A DNA stretch of 63,317 nucleotides, the filler included, from Actinomycetota bacterium (lineage in GTDB: Bacteria; Actinomycetota; CADDZG01; JAHWKV01; JAOPZY01), in the NCBI GenBank assembly GCA_025963875.1. It is 6 parts of 6 records of this genome, joined end to end, with 100 filler letters (N's around TTAATTAATTAA, not from the genome) between each part and the next. Parts side by side here need not be neighbours in the genome. Positions count along the whole stretch, not along the records: positions 1 to 15,868 come from JAOPZY010000088.1; 5 more parts are not named here. One strand, given 5' to 3'. This document shows positions 1 to 8,374 of this stretch, one piece after another. Below the pieces are notes generated by a model. The model ran no database searches. It was given only the letters and a program-made list of their open reading frames with translations, and was not told the DNA's origin. A program made the translations under genes and the position numbers. Each line of letters begins with the position of its first letter. Positions within the stretch are counted from its first letter, which is position 1.

Positions 1-127
1 CGCCGAACGGTTCGGGGGCGGAAGGGTCACCCTTCCGCCATCCGCACCCCTGCCGGGTCACCGGCGATCGGCGAGGAACCGCTTATCGGCGTCCTCTCCA
101 GGAGGGCAAAGGTAAGTGGTCAGGGCA

Positions 128-880
128 CTAATAGACGAGGAGCCGCAGGTTGTCGCAGGCCACGTGGATCTCGCCCCGGTACTCCCGCTGGGCCTGCTCG
201 ATGCTGACGTTGGGGTCCAGCCCGGGGACGAGGTGGGTCAGGGCGAGTTGCGTCACCTGGGCCTGGGCCGCCATCTGGCCGGCCTCCTGGGCGCTCATGT
301 GGAGGTCGGCCGTCTCCTTGGACGACTGCTGGAAGCTCGCCTCGGCGATGAGCAGGTTCGCCCCCCAGGCGAAATCCGTCACGGGCCTGCTCGGACCGGT
401 GTCGGCGGTGTAGACGACGGTCTGGGCGTTTGCCAGGGCTCGGATGGCGTACGTCTCCACGGGGTGCCGGGTCCGGCAGAAGCGCAGCTCGAAGTCGCCG
501 ATCGTCTCGATCAGCGTGGGGGTGATCTCCTTGAAGTTGACGTGCCCCTCGAACGTCGGATCCCCGCCGGTGAGGTGGCCGAGCAGCCCCGGCGCCCCGG
601 CGTGGGCGTAGACGTCCATCGGCGGGAGTCCCTTGCCGGGCCCGAAGCGCTTCCAGTAGGTGTACGGGAAGAAGTCGGTGCAGTGGTCGACGTGCAGGTG
701 TGAGAGGAGGATCGCGTCGACCTCGGCCGGGTCGATGTGGCGCTGGAGGTTGGCGAAGGTACCGGGCCCGGTGTCGATCCACAGGTTGGTGGAGGCGGAG
801 CGGAACAGGTAGCCGGAGCAGGCCGCTCCGGGGGCCGGGAAGGTGCCACTCCCCCCCAGAACGATTACTTCGAACGGCAT
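128..880 (-). CDS. MBL-fold metallo-hydrolase (RNase Z/BN-like, Rv1339-type)
   Basis: LGGSGTFP...SGYL N-terminus, SHLHVDH metal motif, YTADTG, LTH; usual position downstream of murI in actinobacteria. Confidence 0.85.
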   Translation of the reverse strand: MPFEVIVLGGSGTFPAPGAACSGYLFRSASTNLWIDTGPGTFANLQRHIDPAEVDAILLSHLHVDHCTDFFPYTYWKRFGPGKGLPPMDVYAHAGAPGLLGHLTGGDPTFEGHVNFKEITPTLIETIGDFELRFCRTRHPVETYAIRALANAQTVVYTADTGPSRPVTDFAWGANLLIAEASFQQSSKETADLHMSAQEAGQMAAQAQVTQLALTHLVPGLDPNVSIEQAQREYRGEIHVACDNLRLLVY

Positions 881-896
881 GTCGGTCCCTCGAGCT

Positions 897-1715
897 CTAG
901 CGCCACGGCACGGCCTCCACTTCCCTCAGCTCCGGCAGAAAGCGTGACCCTACCGCCCGGAACTGCCCCGGGTCACCTGACACCATGAAACGCCGCGTGC
1001 CCAGCTCGGCGACCCGACGCAGCAGGCCTTCGGAGACGAGCCGGGCGTAGACGTCCCGGGCAACGGCCTCGGCGGACGAGATCAACTCCAGGTCCCCCTT
1101 GGTCACCCAGTGCAGGACCCCCTTGAGCAGCGGGTAGTGGGTGCAGCCGAGGATGAGGGTGTCCACGTCGGCCGCCATCAGCGGGGCGAGGTACCCCTCT
1201 GCCAGACCGATCAGCTCCTCGGAGAAGAGGTCGCCCGCCTCGACGAGCTCGACGAAGGCCGGACAGGGCTGGCAGAAGACCTCGACGCCCCGGCCGGTCG
1301 CCGCCAGGGCCCGCTGGTACTCCCCGCTGCCGATCGTCACCGGGGTGCCGAGGACGCCGATCTTCCCGTTGTGGGTCGCCCGCACCGCCGAGTGGACCGC
1401 GGGCTCGATGACCCCGATGACCGGCACGCCGTAGCGGTCCCTCGCCTCCTCGTAGGCGGCGGCGGTCATGGCGTTGCAGGCGATGACGAGCATCTTGACG
1501 TCGTGGCCCGCCATGAGGTCCATGATCTCGAAGGCGAAGCGGCGGACCTCCTGCACCGACCTCGGCCCGTAGGGAGCCCGGGCGGTGTCGCCGAAGTAGA
1601 CCAGGTGCTCCTGCGGAAGCAGTTCCTCGATCGCCCTGACGACGGTGAGACCCCCGACGCCCGAGTCGAAGATCCCGATGGGCCGCTCTGCACCGGCGGA
1701 GCCGGCCGCTACCAA
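897..1715 (-). CDS. murI: glutamate racemase
   Basis: PIGIFDSGVGGLTV, YFGDTARAPYGPRS, IACN, LILGCTHYPLL; start placed at TTG 1715 overlapping the cysM stop (uncertain). Confidence 0.95.
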   Translation of the reverse strand: MVAAGSAGAERPIGIFDSGVGGLTVVRAIEELLPQEHLVYFGDTARAPYGPRSVQEVRRFAFEIMDLMAGHDVKMLVIACNAMTAAAYEEARDRYGVPVIGVIEPAVHSAVRATHNGKIGVLGTPVTIGSGEYQRALAATGRGVEVFCQPCPAFVELVEAGDLFSEELIGLAEGYLAPLMAADVDTLILGCTHYPLLKGVLHWVTKGDLELISSAEAVARDVYARLVSEGLLRRVAELGTRRFMVSGDPGQFRAVGSRFLPELREVEAVPWR

Positions 1716-2641
1716 GGCATGTACTCGACGTCGCCGGCCGCCTGCTCGAGCTGTTTGGTCCAGATCTCGGTGGAGAGGTACTTCCACCCCCCGTCGGCGA
1801 AAAGGCAGACGATGTCGCCGCCGTCGATCCGCTGGGCGATCCGGCGGGCCACGTGCACCGTGGCGCCCGATGAGATGCCGCAGAAGATGGCCTCGGAGTC
1901 CAGGACCTCCCGCGTGAGGTTGACGGAGTCCCTGGAGCTCACCTTGAAGCGCCCGTGGAGCACGCCGGCGTCGAACACCGGGGGGACGAAGCCTTCGTCC
2001 ATGGACCGCAGCCCGTACACGAGGTCGCCCTGCTGGGGCTCGGCAGCGATGACCTGCACCTGCGGGTGGTGCTCCCGCAGGTAGCGGCCGACACCCGTCA
2101 GCGTGCCACCCGTGCCAAGCCCCGCCACGAAATGCGTGATCTCGGGGCAGTCCCGGACGACCTCCGGGCCGGTGGTCTCGTAGTGCGCGCCCGGGTTGGC
2201 GGGGTTGCCGTACTGGTAGAGCATGAGGTAGCGGGGATCCTCCTCGACGATCTTCTTCGCGACCTCGATGGCCCCGTTGGATCCGAACTCGCCGTCGGTG
2301 AGGCGGATCTCAGCCCCGTAGGCGGCGATGAGCTGGCGTCGCTCGGCGGAGGCGGTCTCGGGCATCACGCAGATCAGCCGGTAGCCGCGGCGGCGGGCGA
2401 AGAATGCGAGCGAGATGCCGGTGTTGCCCGACGTGGGCTCCAGCAGGATGCGATCGGGTGTCAGCTCGCCCGACCGCTCGGCGGCATCGAGCATCGCCCG
2501 GACGATGCGGTCCTTCAGCGAGCCGGTCGGGTTCTGCCCTTCAAGCTTGGCCCAGATCCTCACTCCGGGGTTGGGCGAAAGTCGGGAGATCCCGACGAGA
2601 GGGGTGTTGCCGACGAGCTCGGTGATGTCGTCGAAGCGCAC
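1709..2641 (-). CDS. cysM: PLP-dependent cysteine synthase, CysO-dependent CysM type
   Basis: KLEGQNPTGSLKDR (PLP Lys), EPTSGNTG, GLGTGGT, DGGWKYLS; adjacent to cysO and mec. Confidence 0.9.
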   Translation of the reverse strand: MRFDDITELVGNTPLVGISRLSPNPGVRIWAKLEGQNPTGSLKDRIVRAMLDAAERSGELTPDRILLEPTSGNTGISLAFFARRRGYRLICVMPETASAERRQLIAAYGAEIRLTDGEFGSNGAIEVAKKIVEEDPRYLMLYQYGNPANPGAHYETTGPEVVRDCPEITHFVAGLGTGGTLTGVGRYLREHHPQVQVIAAEPQQGDLVYGLRSMDEGFVPPVFDAGVLHGRFKVSSRDSVNLTREVLDSEAIFCGISSGATVHVARRIAQRIDGGDIVCLFADGGWKYLSTEIWTKQLEQAAGDVEYMPW

Positions 2642-2655
2642 CGAGGAAGAGCTGG

Positions 2656-2937
2656 CTAGCCGGACCCGCCGGCGACGGCCGGAAGGATCGCCAGGACGTC
2701 GCCGTCCCCGAGCTTGGTATCGAGACCCTCGAGGTACCGGACGTCCTCGTCGTTGATGTAGACGTTCACGAACCGGTGGAGCTGGCCCTCCTCGCCGAGG
2801 AGGTGCTCCGAGAGCGAGGGATAGGCGCCCACCAGCTCGGCGATCACGTCGCGCAGCGTCCCGGGCGATGCCTCGACCGACTTCTGGCCCCCAACGTGGG
2901 GACGGAGGACGGCCGGCACCTGCACCTTGACTGGCAT
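2656..2937 (-). CDS. cysO: MoaD/ThiS-family ubiquitin-like sulfur carrier (CysO)
   Basis: 93 aa from ATG 2937; LHRFVNVYINDEDVRYLEGLDT and C-terminal ILPAVAGG-SG. Confidence 0.88.
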   Translation of the reverse strand: MPVKVQVPAVLRPHVGGQKSVEASPGTLRDVIAELVGAYPSLSEHLLGEEGQLHRFVNVYINDEDVRYLEGLDTKLGDGDVLAILPAVAGGSG

Positions 2938-2965
2938 GGTTGACGACGATATCACCAGGCCGCCA

Positions 2966-3895
2966 CTAGTTGGCGCCCCGCCGTGTGGTGAGGTGGATGC
3001 GGTTGCGGGACGGATCCTGGAGCCACCAACCGACTTCAGCTTCATGTTCATCCAGCGTGACCCCCGCCCCCGTGAGCCGGGCGGCGACTTCGGCCAGCGA
3101 CGGTTCGTCCGGAAGCTCGATGGTGAAGTGGCGCAGGCCGGAAGCATCGACCGGCCGGGGCGGAGCCCCCTGGCCCGCCCAGGTGTTCAGACCCAGGTGG
3201 TGGTGGTAGCCGCCGGCGGAGACGAACGCCGCCCCCCACCGCTCGGCCATCCCCATGACGTCGAAGCCGATCAGCCCATGGTAGAAGTCCACCGCCTCCT
3301 GGACATCGCGGACGTGGAGGTGGACGTGGCCCATCCTCGTCTCGGCGGGCAGTGGCGCGTCCAGGCGGTCACCAGGCTGCAGGTGCGAGAACATCTCGTC
3401 GAGGTCGATCGGATCCCGGCCAGACCGCAGGTTGCCGGCGGTGTCGCGGGCGATGAACACACCGTTCTCCATGCCGAAGAAGCCGTCCTCCGGGCTTTCG
3501 ACGTAGATCTCGATCCCGTTGCCGTCCGGGTCCCACAGATAGTCCGACTTGGTCATGGTGTGGTCCGTCGGCGACTGGGGGTAGCGGATGGAGGAGAGGC
3601 GGCCGATCACCCGGGCAAGCTCCCGGCGGTCGGGCAGCAGCAGAGCCAGGTGGTAGAGGCCCGTCGTGCGCTCGACGACGGGCCGGCTCGACCCGGGCAC
3701 GAGGACGACCAGGTCGCGCTCGGCCGTCCCGAAGCGCAGCTCGTCCTCGGTCTCCGACTTGAGCGCCAGGCCGAAGACCTGCCCGTAGAACTCCTTGGCC
3801 CGCTCGGCCCTCGTTACGCCGAGGTGGACGGCACCCACGCCCGTGGCGGGGGCGATGGAAAAGGTGGTGATCGCTTCAGCACTGGTTTTGACCAT
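2966..3895 (-). CDS. two-domain VOC-family protein (catechol 2,3-dioxygenase CatE-like)
   Basis: VGAVHLGV, GLYHLALLLP, DPDGNGIEIY, MGHVHLHV, AGGYHHHLGLNTW; ATG at 3895. Confidence 0.85.
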   Translation of the reverse strand: MVKTSAEAITTFSIAPATGVGAVHLGVTRAERAKEFYGQVFGLALKSETEDELRFGTAERDLVVLVPGSSRPVVERTTGLYHLALLLPDRRELARVIGRLSSIRYPQSPTDHTMTKSDYLWDPDGNGIEIYVESPEDGFFGMENGVFIARDTAGNLRSGRDPIDLDEMFSHLQPGDRLDAPLPAETRMGHVHLHVRDVQEAVDFYHGLIGFDVMGMAERWGAAFVSAGGYHHHLGLNTWAGQGAPPRPVDASGLRHFTIELPDEPSLAEVAARLTGAGVTLDEHEAEVGWWLQDPSRNRIHLTTRRGAN

Positions 3896-3955
3896 GGTCG
3901 TACCTCCGATGGCAGGTACAACCATGCCGGGCGTTCGATGATTCCCGGGGCCCAA

Positions 3956-4393
3956 CTACTCGACGACCAGCTCCACCTCTTCGACTTGGCCGGTGGCGTC
4001 CCGCCAGTCCTGCTTGTGGATGAGGTAGCCCTTGGCGTAGGGATCGTCCCGGTTCTCGAACGACACGATCACGAACACGGCGTCCGGATAGTGGGCCTCC
4101 CGGATGTCGGTGGGCGACGGGTACGCCCGGGTTGCCACGTGCGAGTGGAAGATCGAGGCCACGTCGAGCCCGTTCTCGTCCATGTCCTTGAGCGCTGCCA
4201 GCATCTCCCGGTCGTCGGGACGGTAGAAGACGGGAGAGGCCGCGGCATTGGTCATGGGGTAGAGCTTGGTGGCGACACTCTCGTTGCCGCCGACCTTGCC
4301 GCCGATGAATCCGCAGGCCTCGTTCGGCATGCCTTCGAGGCAATGGGCGACCATGCCGTCGTAGATGTCCTTCGGGACGACGAACGTCTTCAC
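3956..4393 (-). CDS. mec: M67/JAMM-family metallopeptidase (Mec, CysO-cysteine peptidase)
   Basis: PNEACG and HSHVATRAYPSPTD (JAMM E...HxH...S..D). Confidence 0.9.
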   Translation of the reverse strand: MKTFVVPKDIYDGMVAHCLEGMPNEACGFIGGKVGGNESVATKLYPMTNAAASPVFYRPDDREMLAALKDMDENGLDVASIFHSHVATRAYPSPTDIREAHYPDAVFVIVSFENRDDPYAKGYLIHKQDWRDATGQVEEVELVVE

Positions 4394-5451
4394 GACGCCG
4401 GCCTGACCGAGATCCGCCCAGGCTCCCCGGCGACGGTCCTGCCGATCACTGCTGAAGCCGGCGTGCCCCGTCGCCGCAGGTCCTCCACCAGCGTCGCCTC
4501 GTTGGCGGGATCGACCGCGATGAGCAGCCCGCCCGAGGTCTGGGCGTCGAAGAGCACGGTCCTGGTCGTCTCGCCGACGGCGGGGTCGAAGTCCACGAAG
4601 GGGGAATAGTACGACGCGTTGCGCCGGGTGCCGCCGGGCACCAGGCCCTCGGCAGCCAGGGCGTCCACGCCGTCGAGCACCGGCACCGCCTCCGACCAGA
4701 TCTCCGCCGAGACACCGGAGAGCTTCGCCACGTTGTGGAGGTGCCCGAGCAGGCCAAACCCCGTCACGTCCGTGGCAGCCTCGACCCCCACCTCAAGCAT
4801 CGCCTCGGCCGCCGGGCCGTTCAGGGTGGCCATGATGGCGATGGCCTGCTCGACCAGGGCGGCGGGGGCCCGCTCCCGCTTCACGGCGGTGGAGATGATG
4901 CCCATCGACAGCGGCTTGGTGAGGACCAGCGAGAGGCCGGGCAACGCTCCCGAGGAGCGCACAAGCCGGTCGGGATGGACCATGCCGGTGACCGCCATGC
5001 CGTACTTCGGCTCCTGGTCCTCCACCGTGTGGCCACCCACGACCGAGGCGCCCGCCTCGGCCGCCTTGTCGGCGCCTCCTTCCAGCACGCGGGCCAGCAG
5101 GTCGAAGTCGAGGTCCTGGGGCCACCCGAGCAGGTTCAAAGCGAGCACCGGCTTGCCGCCCATGGCGTAGCAGTCGCTGAAGGCGTTGGCCGCGGCGATC
5201 GCCCCCCAGAGGTACGGATCGTCGACGATCGGGGTGAAGAAATCGACGGTCAACAGCAGGGCGAGGTCGTCGCTGATCCGGTACACGGCGGCGTCGTCGG
5301 GCGCGTCGAGGCCGAGCAGGAGGTTCGGGTCCTCGCTGCGGTGGTGCTCGCCGAAGCGGCGCAGGACCTGCGCCAGGTCACCGGGACCGAGCTTGCAGGC
5401 TCAGCCGGCGCCGTGCGAGAACTGGGTGAGGCGTGGGGTCTGGGTCTGCAC
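4390..5451 (-). CDS. selD: selenide, water dikinase (selenophosphate synthetase), selenoprotein with UGA-encoded Sec17
   Basis: AAGGA RBS, GTG 5451; reads VQTQTPRLTQFSHGAG-(TGA 5403-5401)-ACKLGPGDL...DDAAVY...TVDFFTPIVDDPY, ANAFSDCYAMGG, GGHT, TDVTGFGLLGHL, DAQTSGGLL. The ORF track truncated it at 5286. Confidence 0.93.
5367..5403 (-). promoter_or_regulatory. bacterial SECIS-like hairpin immediately 3' of the selD UGA
   Basis: UGA-G-CCUGC-AA-GCU-C-GGUC-[CCGGU]-GACC-U-GGC-GCAGG folds by eye into a bulged stem with a G-containing loop ~17 nt after UGA. Confidence 0.7.
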
Positions 5452-5508
5452 CAGTCCTTTATAGCCTTCTCCGGCGGGCGGATGCCCCGGGCGCGGTAGC
5501 CTGGGACC

Positions 5509-7050
5509 GTGCCGGATAACGATCGTCCGAAAAACAACAAAGGTCCTGCCCCCTCCCGCACGTCCGCCGCGCAGCGGTCTCGGGAGTCGAGTGGGGAACC
5601 GCCTCGCCCCAAGCAACCCAAGGAGGTACCCGGGGCGACGCCCCGCGAGCCGGCGGGTCCGAAGGGCAAGGAGCCCCACAGCGCCGTGCCGACCGGCATG
5701 GTCAACCGGTTCAGCCGGCTCGCCGCCACGTCGCTCAAGGGCTCGATGCGCCTGGCCATGCTCGGCCCCCGCTCCCTCATCGGCAGGGACTCCCCCGCCA
5801 AGCTCCTCGAGGACCTGCACCTGGCGACCGCCGAGGACCTGGTTGAGACGCTGGGCCGGCTGAAGGGGACCTCGATGAAGCTCGGTCAGCTTGCATCGTT
5901 CATCGACGCCGGGGTCCTGCCGCCGGACGTCCGGGACATGTACCAGAACGTCCTCGGCTCCCTCCGGGACGCGGCACCGCCGATGAAGCGGGAGCTGGTG
6001 GGCGAGGTCTTCCGCCACGAGTTCGGGGCCGACCCCGAGCAGCTGTTCGCCACGTTCAGCGAGGAGCCCCTCGCCGCCGCCAGCCTGGGCCAGGTCCACC
6101 TGGCGACGACGAAGGATGGCCAGGAGGTGGCGGTGAAGGTGCAGTACCCGGGCATCGAGGACGCCATCCGCTCCGACCTGGCGGTCACGGCGGCGGTCAA
6201 GCCGTTGATGCCCCTCCTCGCACCCGGCCTCGACGCCGCCGACGCCCTCGAAGAGATGCGGGCTCGCATGCTCGAGGAGTGCGACTACCTCCTGGAGGCC
6301 GAGAACATGGACACCCTCGCCGACCGCTACGAGGATCACCCCTTCGTCTGGGTGCCCCGGTCGGTCCCCGAGCTGTCCACGGAGCGCGTCCTCACCATGG
6401 GACGAGCCACCGGGCGGCCGTTCGCCGAGATCCTCAAGGCCGACCAGGCGGAGCGCGACCGCGTCGGCGAGATGCTGTTCCGCTTCTACTACGGCTCGCT
6501 CTACCGCTACGGCTTCACGAGCGCCGATCCCCACCCCGGGAATTACTTCGCGATGGACGACGGCCGCATGGCCTTCTTCGACTTCGGGCTCGCCTGCAAC
6601 CTCGACATGCGGATGATGCCGTACCTCTACGGCGCCTTCCTGGCGCTCCGGGACGGCGACGTCCAGGGCGTCTTCCGCAACGCCGTCGCGATGCGCTATG
6701 TCACGAAGCCCCAGCAGATCGACCCGCAGCGGTTCTACGAGTGGGTGCGCCTTGTGCTCGACCCCATCGCCGAGGACCGGGACTACACCTTCACCCGGGA
6801 CTTCATCGCCGAGCGGACGGCCACGATGCTCGACCCCCGCAACCCGTGGTGGTCGTTCCTGCGCCAGCTCAACCTGCCCCGGTGGGCGATCCTGCTCTAC
6901 CGCCTGGAGCTCGGCCTGTTCGCCGTGCTGGCGCAGCTCGGTGCCACCGCCAACTGGCACCGCATGACGCTCGAGTTCCACGAGGCCGGGGAACCGTCGA
7001 CCGAGCTCGGGAGGGCCGAGGCGGAGTGGCTGAAGACCCACCCGAAGTAG
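5509..7050 (+). CDS. ABC1/UbiB (AarF)-family atypical protein kinase
   Basis: LKGTSMKLGQ, PLAAASLGQVH, VAVKVQYPG, ADPHPGNY, FFDFG; start uncertain. Confidence 0.9.
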   Translation: MPDNDRPKNNKGPAPSRTSAAQRSRESSGEPPRPKQPKEVPGATPREPAGPKGKEPHSAVPTGMVNRFSRLAATSLKGSMRLAMLGPRSLIGRDSPAKLLEDLHLATAEDLVETLGRLKGTSMKLGQLASFIDAGVLPPDVRDMYQNVLGSLRDAAPPMKRELVGEVFRHEFGADPEQLFATFSEEPLAAASLGQVHLATTKDGQEVAVKVQYPGIEDAIRSDLAVTAAVKPLMPLLAPGLDAADALEEMRARMLEECDYLLEAENMDTLADRYEDHPFVWVPRSVPELSTERVLTMGRATGRPFAEILKADQAERDRVGEMLFRFYYGSLYRYGFTSADPHPGNYFAMDDGRMAFFDFGLACNLDMRMMPYLYGAFLALRDGDVQGVFRNAVAMRYVTKPQQIDPQRFYEWVRLVLDPIAEDRDYTFTRDFIAERTATMLDPRNPWWSFLRQLNLPRWAILLYRLELGLFAVLAQLGATANWHRMTLEFHEAGEPSTELGRAEAEWLKTHPK

Positions 7051-7099
7051 GAAGTTTCGTCACTTTTCGTCGCCTGACAACCAATTCTTACGAAACCTC
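7051..7099. repeat. ~49-bp imperfect palindrome between convergent genes
   Basis: arms GAAGTTTCGT (7051-7060) / ACGAAACCTC (7090-7099), inner GTC-gcct-GAC. Confidence 0.6.
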
Positions 7100-7108
7100 G
7101 CGACTGCC

Positions 7109-7816
7109 TCAACCCCCGCCCCCGCGCCAGCTGTCCAGGACGGTCGCCACATCGGCCCACACCTCGGCCCGGGCTTCGTTGCGATCCCAGCCCGCCATCA
7201 GCAGCTCGTCGTAGCGGGTCCAACGGTGCCGGACTGCGGCCCCGACGGCGGGGTCAATCGCCGCCGGCTCCAGTGCCTTTGCTGCGGCGCTGCGCCCGAC
7301 CCGGCCGCTGTACTTCTGGCAGGCATGCTCGGCAATGGGGACCTCGGCTCCCGCCGGCGCCGTTGGGTACCGGCTGCGGATGGCCTGAGCGAAGGCCCTG
7401 ACGAAGGCCTCGTCTCGCTTTTCCCGGCCCTCCGCCTCCCTCGCCCGCCGTGCTGCCCGGAGGCCGGCGTCGGACAGGCACTCCTCCTCGGCCTGGGCCA
7501 GCGCCGCCTCCTCGACCAGGATGCCCTGGCGCTCGTAGCGCTTGCGGCTGCGGCTCCACCGCACGACGACTGCCCGCAGGGCGGAGTGTTTGCTCGCCCG
7601 GCGGGTGAGGGCGGCGTCACCGCTCGGCAGGTAGACGAGGTGACCCAGGTCGGCACACGCCATGCAGTGGGCAGTGCCTTCCACCACCCGCAGCAGGTCG
7701 CCGCTCCAGAGCTCCTCCCCGCACTCGTCGCAGGTGGCGTCCTTGGTGATCGAGAAGACGACGATGTCCTTGGGCTTGCCGTCGGGCTTGCCCCGGCCTC
7801 CACTCTGACTCACCAT
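7109..7816 (-). CDS. DUF2293-domain protein with N-terminal CxxC..CxxC
   Basis: CDEC...CMAC, LPSGDAALTRRA, WSRSRKRYERQG, SGRVGRSAAA, AVRHRWTRYDELL; ATG 7816. Confidence 0.8.
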   Translation of the reverse strand: MVSQSGGRGKPDGKPKDIVVFSITKDATCDECGEELWSGDLLRVVEGTAHCMACADLGHLVYLPSGDAALTRRASKHSALRAVVVRWSRSRKRYERQGILVEEAALAQAEEECLSDAGLRAARRAREAEGREKRDEAFVRAFAQAIRSRYPTAPAGAEVPIAEHACQKYSGRVGRSAAAKALEPAAIDPAVGAAVRHRWTRYDELLMAGWDRNEARAEVWADVATVLDSWRGGGG

Positions 7817-8358
7817 TCGATGCCCCGCTGCGCCTTGATCCCCCGGTCGTAGGGATGCTTCACCTTCCGCATCTCCGTCACGAGGTCGGCGATGTCGATG
7901 AGCTCCTGCGGTGCCGCCCGGCCCGTCACGACGACGTGCTGGAAGCCGGGACGGCCGGCCAGCACCTCCACCACCTCGCCCAGCGGGACCCACCCGAAGG
8001 TGAGCGGGTACGTGAACTCGTCGAGAACGAGCAGGTCGTAGGTCTCGCCGGCGATGCGCCGCCGGACCTCCTCCCAGCCCTCCCGGGCAAGGTCGGCGGA
8101 CTGCTCGAGGTCACGGGAGGTCCAGGTCCACCCGTCGCCCATCTTCTCCCAGACGATGCCGGGCCCGATGCCGCTCAGGGCCAGGGCAGCCTTCTCCTCG
8201 CCCACCTTCCACTTCCCCGACTTCATGAACTGGTAGACGCCCACCCGGTAGCCCCGCGCCCAGGCCCGCAGCACCATCCCGAATGCGGCTGTCGACTTGC
8301 CCTTGCCCTCGCCGGTGTTGACGACCAGCAGGGGCCGGTCCCGCGGTGCGTGGCCCAC
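7810..8358 (-). CDS. cobO: cob(I)yrinic acid a,c-diamide adenosyltransferase (CobA/CobO/BtuR)
   Basis: NTGEGKGKSTAAFG, YQFMKS, LLVLDE, VVTGR, ADLVTEM, KHP..RGIEW. Confidence 0.95.
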   Translation of the reverse strand: MGHAPRDRPLLVVNTGEGKGKSTAAFGMVLRAWARGYRVGVYQFMKSGKWKVGEEKAALALSGIGPGIVWEKMGDGWTWTSRDLEQSADLAREGWEEVRRRIAGETYDLLVLDEFTYPLTFGWVPLGEVVEVLAGRPGFQHVVVTGRAAPQELIDIADLVTEMRKVKHPYDRGIKAQRGIEW

Positions 8359-8374
8359 GATCGTGCTGCGGCGA

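Noticed and set aside
1..127. Hairpin GGCGGAAGGG-tca-CCCTTCCGCC and a possible minus-strand start at 30
   Set aside because: Too little sequence to identify a gene or RNA.
5401..7041. 546-aa minus-strand ORF running into the selD N-terminus
   Set aside because: Antisense shadow of the ABC1 kinase; only its last 16 codons are real (selD start at GTG 5451 with RBS).
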